From Scyliorhinus canicula (taxonomy: Eukaryota), in the NCBI RefSeq assembly GCF_902713615.1, contig NC_052170.1, positions 2,604,001 to 2,668,000 on the forward strand: DNA of 64,000 nucleotides. Reading direction: 5' to 3'. Under the pieces are notes generated by a model, which was not told the DNA's origin, did no database searches, and worked only from the letters and a program-made list of their open reading frames with translations. Shown here one piece after another: positions 25,094-36,679 of this stretch. How positions within the stretch are numbered: the first letter of the stretch is position 1; every line of letters begins with the position of its first letter. The position numbers and the translations under genes are program-made.

Positions 25094-25437
25094 ATTGGGT
25101 GAGCTATGATGATCACGTAAGGGGAAAACTTTGATGTGATCATCACCTTGTACATCAGTCACAGCTCCTTCAAGTGATTCCAGGAAGGACTAGAACAGGG
25201 GATCATCAACTCCAGAATTATTTGTAATATGTTTTTTTTAAAAAACAAATAAAATATGCCATTAAGGAATATGTAAAAGAAGGTATTAAAATAATGTAAA
25301 TTTAAAAACTGTTAATTTGTGCGAAACGTTAACCTGCGATTGAAAGGTTTAAATTGTCGATGAGAAGGTTCCGAACACAGTTTTTGAAAGCTGTGAGCTG
25401 GTTAACTCTGTACTGCTGTCTTTCTCCCGCATCTTAC

Positions 25438-25534
25438 CCGATAACGACACCCATATCTGCATGCCCCAGGAGGTAGACAGTATAATCAGGTGGGCTGCTT
25501 TAACCAGGGCAGTAGGGTCTCCCTCTGTTGGCAT
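25438..25534 (-). CDS. TMEM205: TMEM205 coding exon 1 (MPTEGDPTALVKAAHLIILSTSWGMQIWVSLSG); exon probably starts at acceptor 25553
   Basis: Translation resembles the TMEM205 N-terminus (HLLVLSGAWGMQMWV). Donor G|GTAAG at 25438/25437, phase 1. Polypyrimidine tract plus CAG acceptor about 20 nt upstream of the ATG. Confidence 0.95.
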
Positions 25535-25924
25535 TCTGGATTCTTGTCAGACTCTGTTTTATTGAAATAAAGGAAAAAGGCGTCACTCAAAGTGTTTTAT
25601 TTTCCTTATCCCTGTTTCATCTCTCTAAAGCCATGAAATGTTGTTGGGGGGGGGGGGGGGGGGGGGGGGGGGTATGTTTCCTGGAACTGGCACCCCTCCG
25701 GTACTGAGCGCAAGTGAAAAGCTTTTTTTTTAGAAAAGCAAAATACTGCAGATGCTGGAAATCTGAAACAAAATGCTGGAAATACTCAGCAGGTCAGGCA
25801 GAGTCTGTGGAGAGAGAATGGCTGGAATTTCCCAGCAGGAGTGATGGGGCCAGAGTCTTTGTAACCTTCATTCACATCGGTGGGACCAGAAAATCTGTGA
25901 CCCTGAGAAAGGTCTCCCTATCAC

Positions 25925-26577
25925 TGTTGCGGGACCTTCAACGATAGTTATTCAACTATGGCATACTTCACTCTCCAAGTGACTAGATGACACAAGAGTT
26001 GAGTTTTAGTTCAGAACTTTATTACAAGCTAGCAGGGGAACTAAACTATCCTTAGATGGCCTGCTCACTACCCAATCGCAGCAAAAAGTGAGCAACTATA
26101 CTTTTGTGTTATCTCAGGTAATTAACATATACCAATCAAAAGAATACATTTGTTCAAAAGTTATCTATGTCCATTCACACTTAATAATTGGGATTCCATA
26201 ATTCATTACATTGAGTATAGTTTTCAATCATAATCAAAGCACGTATAGTATTATTATATCAGCACGCAAGTAAAGTTCCTCTACTTATCTACAAGTTTTC
26301 AGGCAGTTATTAGTTTAAGTATATACCTGAGTCCGAGCCCCCCAGACTCCAATCCCATTGCTTAGTGTCTATGATGATCCCGTAAGGGGTAAGTAACTGC
26401 CTGGTACCAATTAGCTTCCTGTGAGCTGGCATCCTTACCGAAACTACAAGTCCGTGGAAGATTTATCCGATGCCATAGCAACAGCTTGCTGTTAAACTTA
26501 CTAGCCTCTGCAAGCAGGAGCTCATGTGAGCCCCGAGGTTTTATTTAAACCTGGTATGTAGGTTTTATACCCCTTCA
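25925..26577 (-). mobile_element. Solo LTR (653 bp) with 5-bp TSD ATCAC
   Basis: TG...CA ends, ATCAC at 25920-25924 and 26578-26582, AATAAA on the - strand. Confidence 0.82.
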
Positions 26578-26802
26578 ATCACGCTCTGCACATCCGGGTG
26601 CTACTTCTCATGTATCAGTCTTGACTTGCTGTTGATACTTTTGCCTGAGACAGAAGATTTGGATTCATGCCCCACTCCAGAACCTTGACCTTGATTTCTA
26701 GGCCACCACTCCCACAATAGAGGCAGTCACAGCTTTGTGTGAGGAAACCTTTACTGTTCTGTTGCCTGGAACCCTTAATCCAGTGCAGTGCTCGATGGGG
26801 TA

Positions 26803-29013
26803 TGCAGTGTCAGAGGGTCAGGGTGCTGCAGTATCAGGGTGCTGCAGTGTCAGAGGGTCAGGGTGCTGCAGTGTCAGAGGGTCAGGGTGCTGCAGTGTCA
26901 GAGGGTCAGGGTGCTGCAGTGTCAGAGGGTCAGGGTGCTGCAGTATCAGGGTGCTGCAGTGTCAGAGGGTCAGGGTGCTGCTGCAGTGTCAGAGGGTCAG
27001 GGTGCTGCAGTATCAGGGTGCTGCAGTGTCAGAGGGTCAGGGTGCTGCAGTATCAGGGTGCTGCAGTGTCAGAGGGTCAGGGTGCTGCAGTGTCAGAGGG
27101 TCAGGGTGCTGCAGTGTCAGAGGGTCAGGGTGCTGCAGTATCAGGGTGCTGCAGTGTCAGAGGGTCAGGGTGCTGCAGTATCAGGGTGCTGCAGTGTCAG
27201 AGGGTCAGGGTGCTGCAGTATCAGGGTGCTGCAGTGTCAGAGGGTCAGGGTGCTGCAGTGTCAGAGGGTCAGGGTGCTGCAGTGTCAGAGGGTCAGGGTG
27301 CTGCAGTATCAGGGTGCTGCAGTGTCAGAGGGACAAGCTGCTGCAGTGTCAGAGGGTCAGGGTGCTGCAGTGTCAGTGGGTCAGGCTGCTGCAGTGTCAG
27401 AGGGTCAGGGTGCTGCAGTGTCAGAGGGACAGGCTGCTGCAGTGTCAGAGGGTCAGGGTGCTGCAGTGTCAGAGGGTCAGGGTGCTGCAGTGTCAGAGGG
27501 TCAGGGTGCTGCAGTGTCAGAGGGTCAGGGTGCTGCAGTGTCAGAGGGTCAGGGTGCTGCAGTGTCAGAGGGACAGGGTGCTGCAGTGTCAGAGGGTCAG
27601 GGTGCTGCAGTGTCAGAGGGCCAGGGTGCTGCAGTGTCAGAGGGTCAGGGTGCTGCAGTATCAGAGGGTCAGGGTGCTGCAGTGTCAGAGGGTCAGGGTG
27701 CTGCAGTGTCAGAGGGTCAGGGTGCTGCAGTGTCAGAGGGTCAGGGTGCTGCAGTGTCAGAGGGTCAGGGTGCTGCAGTGTCAGAGGGTCAGGGTGCTGC
27801 AGTGTCAGAGGGTCAGGGTGCTGCAGTGTCAGAGGGTCAGGGTGCTGCAGTGTCAGAGGGTCAGGGTGCTGCAGTGTCAGAGGGTCAGGGTGCTGCAGTG
27901 TCAGAGGGTCAGGGTGCTGCAGTATCAGAGGGTCAGGGTGCTGCAGTATCAGAGGGTCAGGGTGCTGCAGTATCAGGGTGCTGCAGTGTCAGAGGGTCAG
28001 GGTGCTGCAGTGTCAGTGGGTCAGGGTGCTGCAGTATCAGAGGGTCAGGGTGCTGCAGTATCAGGGTGCTGCAGTATCAGGGTGCTGCAGTATCAGGGTG
28101 CTGCAGTATCAGGGTGCTGCAGTATCAGGGTGCTGCAGTATCAGAGGGTCAGGGTGCTGCAGTGTCAGAGGGTCAGGGTGCTGCAGTGTCAGAGGGTCAG
28201 GGTGCTGCAGTATCAGGGTGCTGCAGTATCAGGGTGCTGCAGTATCAGGGTGCTGCAGTGTCAGAGGGTCAGGGTGCTGCAGTGTCAGAGGGTCAGGGTG
28301 CTGCAGTGTCAGAGGGTCAGGGTGCTGCAGTGTCAGAGGGTCAGGGTGCTGCAGTATCAGGGTGCTGCAGTGTCAGAGGGTCAGGGTGCTGCAGTGTCAG
28401 AGGGTCAGGGTGCTGCAGTGTCAGAGGGTCAGGGTGCTGCAGTGTCAGAGGGTCAGGGTGCTGCAGTGTCAGAGGGTCAGGGTGCTGCAGTGTCAGAGGG
28501 TCAGGGTGCTGCAGTGTCAGAGGGTCAGGGTGCTGCAGTGTCAGAGGGTCAGGCTGCAGTGTCAGAGGGTCAGGGTGCTGCAGTGTCAGAGGGTCAGGGT
28601 GCTGCAGTATCAGGGTGCTGCAGTGTCAGAGGGTCAGGGTGCTGCAGTGTCAGAGGGTCAGGCTGCAGTGTCAGAGGGTCAGGGTGCTGCAGTGTCAGAG
28701 GGTCAGGGTGCTGCAGTGTCAGAGGGTCAGGGTGCTGCAGTGTCAGAGGGTTAGGGTGCTGCAGTGTCAGAGGGTCAGGGTGCTGCAGTGTCAGAGGGTC
28801 AGGGTGCTGCAGTGTCAGAGGGTCAGGGTGCTGCAGTGTCAGAGGGTCAGGCTGCTGCTGTGTCAGAGGGTCAGGGTGCTGCAGTGTCAGAGGGTCAGGG
28901 TGCTGCAGTGTCAGAGGGTCAGGGTGCTGCAGTATCAGAGGGTCAGGGTGCTGCAGTATCAGAGGGTCAGGGTGCTGCAGTATCAGAGGGTCAGGGTGCT
29001 GCAGTGTCAGAGG
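26803..29013. repeat. Minisatellite, 24-bp unit GTGCTGCAGTGTCAGAGGGTCAGG with a 16-bp variant
   Basis: Tandem periodicity. Confidence 0.95.
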
Positions 29014-29668
29014 GCTGAGGTGGAGATGGTTAACAGCTTCAAATTCCTAGGGGTGCACATCACCAAAAATCTGTCCTGGTCCACCCACGTCGACGCTACC
29101 AACTGGAAAGCACAGCAGCCCCTATACTTCCTCAGGAAACTAAGGAAATTTGGCACGTCTACATTAACTTTTACCAACTTTTACAGATGCACCATAGAAA
29201 GCATCCTATCTGACTGCATCACAGCCTGGTATGGCAACTGCTCAGCCCAGGACCGCAAGGAACTTCAGAGAGTCATGAACACAGCCCAGTTCATCACACG
29301 AACCTGCCTCCCATCCACTGACTCTATCTACATCTCCCACCCAGCTTACTCACTTCCAACTTCTTCCATCAGACAGGAGGTATAAAAGTCTGAGAACACA
29401 CGCGCAGACTAAAAAAACAGCTTATTCCCCACTGTTACCCGACTCCTAAACGACCCTCTTACGGAGTGACCGCATTAACACTACACTCGTGTATGCTTCA
29501 CCCGATGCCAGTGTCTATGTATTTGCATTGTGTACCTTGTGTTGCCCTACTTTATATTTAATTTAAATTTTCTTTTCTTTTCATGTACTTAATGATCTGT
29601 TTGAGCTGCTCGCAGAAAAATACTTTTCACTGTACCTCGGTATACGTGACAATAAACAAATCCAATCC
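29014..29668 (+). mobile_element. Rex1/Babar LINE 3' fragment
   Basis: EVEMVNSFKFLGVHITKNLSWSTH...YFLRKLRKFG...FYRCTIESIL..CITAWYGNC; tail AATAAACAAATCCAATCCAAT. Confidence 0.88.
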
Positions 29669-31040
29669 AATACTGAGTGAGTGCTGCACTGTCAGAGGGT
29701 CAGTACTGAGGGAGTGCTGCACTGTCAGAGGGTCAGTACTGAGGGAGTGCTGCACTGTCAGAGGGTCAGTACTGAGAGAGCGCTGCACTGTCAAAGGGTC
29801 AGTACTGAGGGAGCGCTGCACTGTCAGAGGGTCAATACTGAGGGAGTGCCGCACTGTCAGAGGGCCAATACTGAGGGAGTGCTGCACTGTCAGAGGGTCA
29901 GTACTGAGGGAGCGCCGCACTGTCAGAGGGTCAGTATTGAGGGACTGCTGCACTGTCAGAGGGTCAGCACTGAGGGAGTGCTGCACTGTCAGAGGGTCAG
30001 CACTGAGGGAGTGCTGCACTGTCAGAGGGTCAGTACTGAGGGAGCGCCGCACTGTGGGAGGGTCAGTACTGAGGGAGTGCCGCACTGTCAGAGGGTCAGT
30101 ACTGAGGGAGTGCTGCACTGTCAGAGGGTCAGTACTGAGGGAGCGCTGCACTGTCAGAGGGTCAGTACTGAGGGAGTGCCGCACTGTCAGAGGGTCAGTA
30201 CTGAGGGAGTGCTGCACTGTCAGAGGGTCAGTAATGAGGTAGTGCTGCACTGTCAGAGGGTCAGTACTGAGGGAGTGCCGCACTGTCAGAGGGTCAGGAC
30301 TGAGGGAGTGCCTCACAGTCAGAGGGTCAGTACTGAGGGAGTGCTGCACTGTCAGAGGGTCAGTATTGAGGGAGTGCTGCACTGTCAGAGAGTCAGTACT
30401 GAGGGAGTGCCGCACTGTCAGAGGGTCAGGACTGAGGGAGTGCCTCACAGTCAGAAGGTCAGTACTGAGGGAGTGCTGCACTGTCAGAGGGTCAGTACTG
30501 AGGGAGTGCCGCACTGTCAGAGGGTCAGTACTGAGGGAGTGCCGCACTGTCAGAGGGTCAGTACTGAGGGAGAGCTGCACTGTCAGAGGGTCAGTACTGA
30601 GGGAATGCTGCACTGTCAGAGGGTCAGTGCTGAGGAGTGCCGCACTGTCAGTGGGTCAGTACTGAGGGAGTGCCGCACTGTCAGAGGGTAAGTACTGAGG
30701 GAATGCTGCATTGTCAGAGGGTCAGTACTGAGGGAGCGCCGCACTGTCAGAGGGTTAGTGCTGTGTGAATGCAGCACTGTCAGAGGGTCAGTGCTGAGAG
30801 AGTGCTACACTGTCAGAGGGTCAGTACTGAGGGAGTGCAGCACTGTCAGAGGGTCAGTACTGAAGGAGAGCTGCACTGTCAGAGGGTCAGTACTGAGGGA
30901 GCGCCGCACTGTCAGAGGGTCAGTACTGAGGGAGTGCCGCACTGTCAGAGGGTCAGTACTGAGGGAGTGCTGCACTGTCAGAGGGTCAGTACTGAGGGAG
31001 TGCCGCACTGTCAGAGGGTCAGTACTGAGGGAGTGCTGCA
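29669..31040. repeat. Minisatellite, 33-bp unit GTACTGAGGGAGTGCTGCACTGTCAGAGGGTCA
   Basis: Tandem periodicity; the unit matches a Deu-domain segment. Confidence 0.95.
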
Positions 31041-32367
31041 TTTTCAGACGCTTTTATCTTTCAGGTCTGACATTAAATTAAAGCTCCTTTTGCCCTCATT
31101 GTGGATGTAAAAGATGTCATGATAGATTTTGTACAACAGCAGGTGACATGACTTATCCCTGGTGTCCTGGCTTGTATTTATCCTTGAACTAATATCAAAG
31201 AGATTAACTGGTAATTAGCACAATTCTGTGCTTCTACCCGTTCACAGGCCACTGTGACCATCACTAACCCCCGGCATATCTTTGGTTCTCATTGTGTCCA
31301 ATCTGTCTTGAAGAAACTCAGAGATTGTTCACATCTCACTGGGGTAATCAAGTTAAAAGATTCAGAATTGGCTCATTCTCTGTCCTAAACAACCAACTCC
31401 TTATTCCAAAACTATGAACCCTATTTCTCAACTTTCCAACTCTAACACTTTCTTTTCTTTCAACTGGCTTAAGCCAGATTTTATTTGAGGTCTATTCACT
31501 CGCCTGGTGAAGAATGGTCTGGTCCACACTGCACAAACCGCACTCTGCATTTTCCCCTACTTGTCCTCCGGTTACATTCCAAACTGCGAGCAAATACGGA
31601 TGGGAGGCATTGGACAATTAGGTAATACAGAATATCTGCCCCAACTCCTGCTCCCGTTGACACTGACTCATCGAAAGGCTGCTGTATTCAGAAATATCCT
31701 GCCCCTGCCATCAGTCATGTGAAGGTGCCGCAGAGTGCGCCTGCTACACATGGAGACCTCTCCCACACAATACCAGTCATTGTGAAAGATAGTGAATATA
31801 CATCATCAATCTGACCATTATTGACATCACAGCCCGCTCTGCACCAGCAGCCACTGAATCTACATGATTATCAAGGTGGAGGGTGAGGGTAGGGTTATAG
31901 AAAGTGTTACGGACATCGTTGTTGCGTGATTCTGTGCTGTGGAAGGTGTGGAATGCCTACCAGAGTCTCCATCAGGACGGTTCACAGCACTGCCTGACAA
32001 CAGCCATTCTCTTAACTCTCTCTGACTGTAAGCTGAGAATTCTGTTAGCAGTTCTGATGAAAACTCATCCATGTTTGGATTTGTTTATTGTCACGTGTAC
32101 CGAGGTACAGTGAAAGTATTGTGAAATGTTAACTCTATTTCTCTCCAGACGTTGCCCGACCTGTAGCTTTGCTTTTGATTTCTGATTCCCAGTTTCCACA
32201 GTATTTAACTTTGTTGAGTGATAGTCCAGATTGGCAAATCTTTTTGCTGTGTCCACTAATAATGTGAGCTCTCTACAGGTGACATTATTATGAAAATATT
32301 CGTGACACAGGGTAGTGTTTTATTGTTTAGAGCCAGTGGTTGAAGATGAGTTTGCAGAAAGAGGGGT

Positions 32368-33528
32368 TGGTGTATGGGAGGGGCCAGTGCATGGGACGGG
32401 TCTGTGCGGGGCAGGGACCAGTGTGCGGCAGGGGTCAGTACGGGGCGGGGGTCAGTGTATGGGAGGAGCCAGTGTATGGGAGGGGTCAATGTGGGCCACG
32501 GGTCAGTGTATGGGAGTGGTCAATGTGGGCCGTGGGTCAATGTGGGGCAGGGGTCAGTACGGGGCAGGGATCAGGACAGGGGTCAGTGCGGGGCAGGGGT
32601 CAGTGCGGGGCCGAGGGTCAGTGCGGGGCAGGGGTCAGTGAGGGGCCACGGGTCAGTGTATGGGAGGGGTCAATGTGGGGCAGGGGTCAGTGCGGGGCAG
32701 GGGTCAATGTATGGGAGGAGCCAGTGTATGGGAGGGGTCAATGTGGGCCGTGGGTCAGTGTATGGGAGGGGTCAATGTGGGCCGTGGGTCAGTGTATGGG
32801 AGGGGTCAGTACGGGGCAGGGGTCAGGGAGGGGCAGGGGTCAGGGAGGGGCAGGGGTCAGTACAGGACAGGGGTCAGTGCAGGGCAGGGGTCAGTGCGGG
32901 GCAGGGGTCAGTGAGGGGCCACGGGTCAGTGTATGGGAGGGGTCAATGTGGGCAGGGGTCAGTGCGGGGCAGGGGTCAGTGTATGGGAGGAGCCAGTGTA
33001 TGGGAGGGGTCAATGTGGGCCGTGGGTCAGTGTATGGGAGGGGTCAATGTGGGCCGTGGGTCAGTGTATGGGAGGGGTCAGTACGGGGCAGGGGTCAGTA
33101 CGGGGCAGGGGTCAGGGAGGGGCCATGGGTCAGTGTATGGGAGGGGTCAATGTGGGGCAGGAGTCAGTGCGGGGCAGGGGTCAGTGAGGGGCCATGGGTC
33201 AGTGAGGGGCCATGGGTCAATGGGGGTCAGGGGTCAGTGAGGGGCCGTGGGTCAGTGTATGGGAGGGGTCAATGTGGGGAGGGGTCAATGTGGGGCAGGG
33301 GTCAGTGTGGGGCAGGGGTCAGTGCGGGGGCCGTGGTCAGTGTATGGGAGGGGTCAGTGCGGGGCAGGGGTCAGTGCGGGGCAGGGTCAGTGCGGGGCAG
33401 GGGTCAGTGCGGGGCAGGGGTCAGTGCGGAGCAGGGGTCAGTGCGGGGCAGGGGTCAGTGCGGGGCAGGGGTCAGTGCGGGGCAGGGGTCAGTGCGGGGC
33501 AGGGGTCAGTGCGGGGCAGGGGTCAGTG
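32368..33528. repeat. G-rich compound minisatellite (GGGGCAGGGGTCAGTGC / GTGTATGGGAGGGGTCAATGT)
   Basis: ~17-bp related units. Confidence 0.9.
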
Positions 33529-33550
33529 GTGAAGAGGCAGGATTGGGTCG

Positions 33551-33805
33551 GAAGAGTGGCACAGTGGTTATCACAGTTACTTCAGAGCTCCAAGATCCCA
33601 GGTTTGATTCCCGGCTTGGGTCACAGTCTGTGCGGAGTCTGCACGTTCTCCCCGTGTCCGTGTGGCTTTCCTCCGGGTGCTCCGGTTTCCTCCCACAGGT
33701 CCAGGGCTGTGCCGGTTCGGTGATCACTGTGCGTGTTCTGGGGAATCGGCCTGGGTAAGTTGCTCTTTCAAAGGGTCAGCACAGACTTGATGGGACGAAT
33801 GGCCA
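33551..33805 (+). mobile_element. Long V-SINE, diverged
   Basis: Head, V-domain and tail remnants. Confidence 0.75.
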
Positions 33806-33809
33806 GATA

Positions 33810-34285
33810 GGGGCGGGGCCCGGGGTGGGAAGGGGGCGGAGTCGGGGTGGGAAGGGGCGGGAACCGGGGTGGGAACCGGGGCGGGAAGGGGGCGGGAACC
33901 GGGGCGGGAAGGGGGCGGGAACCGGGGCGGGGCCCGGGGTGGGAAGGGGGCGGGGCCCGGGGTGGAAGGGGGCGGAGTCGGGGTGGGAAGGGGCGGGAAC
34001 CGGGGTGGGAACCGGGGTGGGAAGGGGGCGGGAACCGGGGTGGGAAGGGGGCGGGAACCGGGGTGGGAAGGGGCGGGAACCGGGGAGGGAAGGGGGCGGG
34101 AACCGGGGTGGGAAGGGGGCGGGAACCGGGTGGGAAGGGGGCGGGAACCGGGGTGGGAAGGGGGCGGGAACCGGGGTGGGAAGGGGGCGGGAACCGGGGT
34201 GGGAAGGGGGCGGGAACCGGGGTGGGAAGGGGGCGGGAACCGGGGTGGGAAGGGGGCGGGAACCGGGGTGGGAAGGGGCGGGGCC
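33810..34285. repeat. G-rich minisatellite GGGGCGGGAACCGGGGTGGGAAG (~23-24 bp) adjacent to the promoter
   Basis: Tandem periodicity; four G-runs per unit. Confidence 0.92.
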
Positions 34286-34446
34286 TGGTGACCGTTGGGC
34301 GGCAAAATGAAAATCGATGTGAGGGCCGGGCCCTCAGCGCAACAAACCGCGGCCCGGAGCTGGCAGCTCCCCCGGCCCCGCTCCCGTACTGCCTCTCCGA
34401 GCACCTCCCGGCCCCGCTCCCCCGGCCACCGCTCTCCCTCTCTGAC

Positions 34447-34535
34447 CTGCCGCCGCGGGCCTCAAACCGCCATCACTCCCACAGACGTCAGCACCCCTGT
34501 GACCCGAGCGGGGCGGGGGTCACCAGCGCCGTCTG
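34447..34535 (-). other. TMEM205: Probable non-coding first exon of TMEM205 (5' boundary approximate)
   Basis: Donor GCAG|GTCAGA at 34447/34446 on the - strand at the edge of the CpG-rich promoter. Coding exon 1 has an acceptor, so an upstream exon is required. Confidence 0.55.
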
Positions 34536-34664
34536 AGTGACAGGCTGAGGCCCCGCCCCGGGGCAGGAGTTCCCGCCCCCGGCCGAGTGACAAGCTGGAG
34601 GCCCCGCCCCTGTCTGGAGGCCCCGCCCCCGACCGAGTGACAGCTTGGAGGCCCCGCCCTCAGA

Positions 34665-34767
34665 CGCAGTTACGGAAGCTCCTGTGTAACAAACAGCCGG
34701 CGGGACGTCAGGCGCTTGTGTTTAATCACCTGTTTTGAAGTTTGGTGCAGGTGCAAAGCTACTGCAG
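34665..34767 (+). other. CCDC159: Probable non-coding first exon of CCDC159 (5' boundary approximate)
   Basis: Donor CAG|GTAAAT at 34767/34768 at the right edge of the CpG island. Confidence 0.5.
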
Positions 34768-35730
34768 GTAAATGAGACAGGAGAGCAAAGTTAGATCTGG
34801 GAATATTTTGCTTAAAGAGAGAAGGTACTTAAAATTGATTTAGAACCTGAAGCAACTGAAACATTACAAGATAAATAATACTTATAGTTGGATTATATTT
34901 ACACAGCAATTACTGAAGGTAAAGCTTTTTAATTTGACATTGGCTTGATATTTGTCCATCTTCATGACAAGAGTTGATTTTTGAAAGATTGATAGTTATT
35001 ATGAGGGAATCTCCAAAGACCACCGCATCCGAAGCTGCTCCAATTGTGCTGGGCCACAATCTTGGAATTCCCTAATGTGGGATCACCTTCATCAAATATA
35101 GCAGTTTAACAAGAAGGCATCTACGCAAATAGATATGGGAATAAATGAGACCGTGCCTGTATCACCGCTCCCAGGAATATTCTTTTCTTTACAGTCAGTG
35201 AGAACCAGCTATGGGGCAACGTTTGGAAACCGGCCAATCAGATACCAAGTGACAAGCTGGCCCAATCACTGACCAATCACTCTTCAATAGTTTAATATAA
35301 TCGAATTAATGATCAGCAATAAACCTCAGGAGCATTTGTACAATAATGACTCGATGATCAATAGTTAACATGGGCGTAGAAGGGAAGTATCTACTCTGAT
35401 TAACCGCCATGGCCTCCCAGTGAAGAGTGGAAAAAATATCCTCAACTTGATGTTCTGAGGATTGCGAAAGGCATTTGACAAAGTCCCTAAATCCAAAGTT
35501 GTGGGAATCCGGATTAAGAATTGGAAATTGATAAGATTGTGGCTCAGGCAGTACTTCGCAAACTATTTTCGAATGTGACCCATTTTAACATGGGACAATT
35601 AAAATGGAACCCAACAAATAGAAGGCAGCAGTAAAACAGCATACGAAAACTCAGTATAAAAATATTAAAGTTGTGTGTACATATGATATATGATGTCAAT
35701 GAAAATCTGGTTTTAAAGTTGTTACTTTAT

Positions 35731-35950
35731 AGGGCGTCATGGTTGCGCAGTGGTTAGCACTGATGCTTCACGCTGCCGAGGACCCGCGTTTGATCCCGGC
35801 CCTGGGTCACTGTCCATGTGGAGTTTACACATTCGCTTTGTGTCTGCATGGGTTTCACCCCCACAACCCAAAGATGTGCAGGTTAGGTGGATTGGCCATG
35901 CTAAATTGCCCCTAATTGGAAAAATGAATTGGGTACGCTTTGGAAAAAAT
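35731..35950 (+). mobile_element. Short V-SINE
   Basis: Matches family consensus. Confidence 0.8.
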
Positions 35951-36679
35951 CATTATTATTTTATGCACTCACCAGTCCATTACTTCATCTGAACTGATCC
36001 AGCTCAAGGATCTGGCCAGGAAATAGTGAATATTGTTTATGTTCGCATTTTCATTTCCATTCAGCATTATTGACCAATAGCAACATGATTCCCTGAAGGC
36101 CATCTTGACATCATAATTTTAATGTGCGACAAGTCAAATACATTTTTCACTGAGGATTTCAGTCCCTCTCCTCATCTCCTCCTCACACACAGACACACTG
36201 AAAGCAGCCTCTCGCCCCCCCCCCTCCCCTCCCCCCCCCCCCCCCCCAACATGCCACACAGACACACGCAGCCCCACATAGAGGTCAGACAACCTTTGCT
36301 AGGCCCTTGGGAGTTAACAGCAGCATTGACCTCCCCCTTTATTCCTGTCCCTGCCCTCATTTGGAATTTACGCTATATTGCGTGATGCTAGCCGCATAAT
36401 AATGCAGGTGGGGGGGGGGTTCCCGACGGTTTGCCTGGTGGGGTGAGCTGGATGGCGCACACCCTACCGTCATACCGGGCACCAAATTTGAAAGGTGCCC
36501 AGACATCAACCTAACTACTGTTCAGGGAGAGGGTGACTCACCAATCACGGAGCTCCAGCCCCCAGATTCAGTGATGCCTCCCTGGAAGCCCTGCTGGAGC
36601 GACGTTCCTGACCCAGATAATGGGAGGAACAGGCCGATCCAGCAGACCAACCTGGGCACAGGATAAAGTCTCAGTGTCC

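Larger units (their letters stand above)
26640..31220 (+). mobile_element. Ancient DeuSINE (SacSINE1/AmnSINE1-like) split by minisatellites and a Rex1 insertion
   Basis: 5' part TGAGACAGAAGATTTGGATTCATGCCCCACTCCAGA...CTAGGC; 3' part GTGGATGTAAAAGATGTCATG...CCTGGTGTCCTGG...ATTTATCC resembles the Deu domain as I recall it. Confidence 0.65.
34300..34770. promoter_or_regulatory. CpG-rich bidirectional promoter for TMEM205 (-) and CCDC159 (+)
   Basis: High CpG density, multiple GC boxes (CCCCGCCCC), three GAGTGACA motifs at 50-bp spacing, CGGAAG at 34673, GACGTCA at 34484 and 34704, and outward-facing splice donors on both strands. Confidence 0.8.

Noticed and set aside
25438-25450. TMEM205 exon 1 one residue shorter than human (WVSLSG versus WVTFVSG)
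   Set aside because: Frame and splice phase are intact, so this is not evidence of pseudogenisation.
26735-31110. Cys-rich keratin-associated or metallothionein-like ORFs up to 865 aa
   Set aside because: Satellite translation in all frames; the unique tail is Rex1 ORF2.
31450-32072. Unique, weakly coding-like stretch (MDEFSSELLTEF...) in TMEM205 intron 1
   Set aside because: Short frames with stops, no recognisable domain and no splice-phase support.
32340-34536. Gly-rich ORFs
   Set aside because: Products of G-rich minisatellites.
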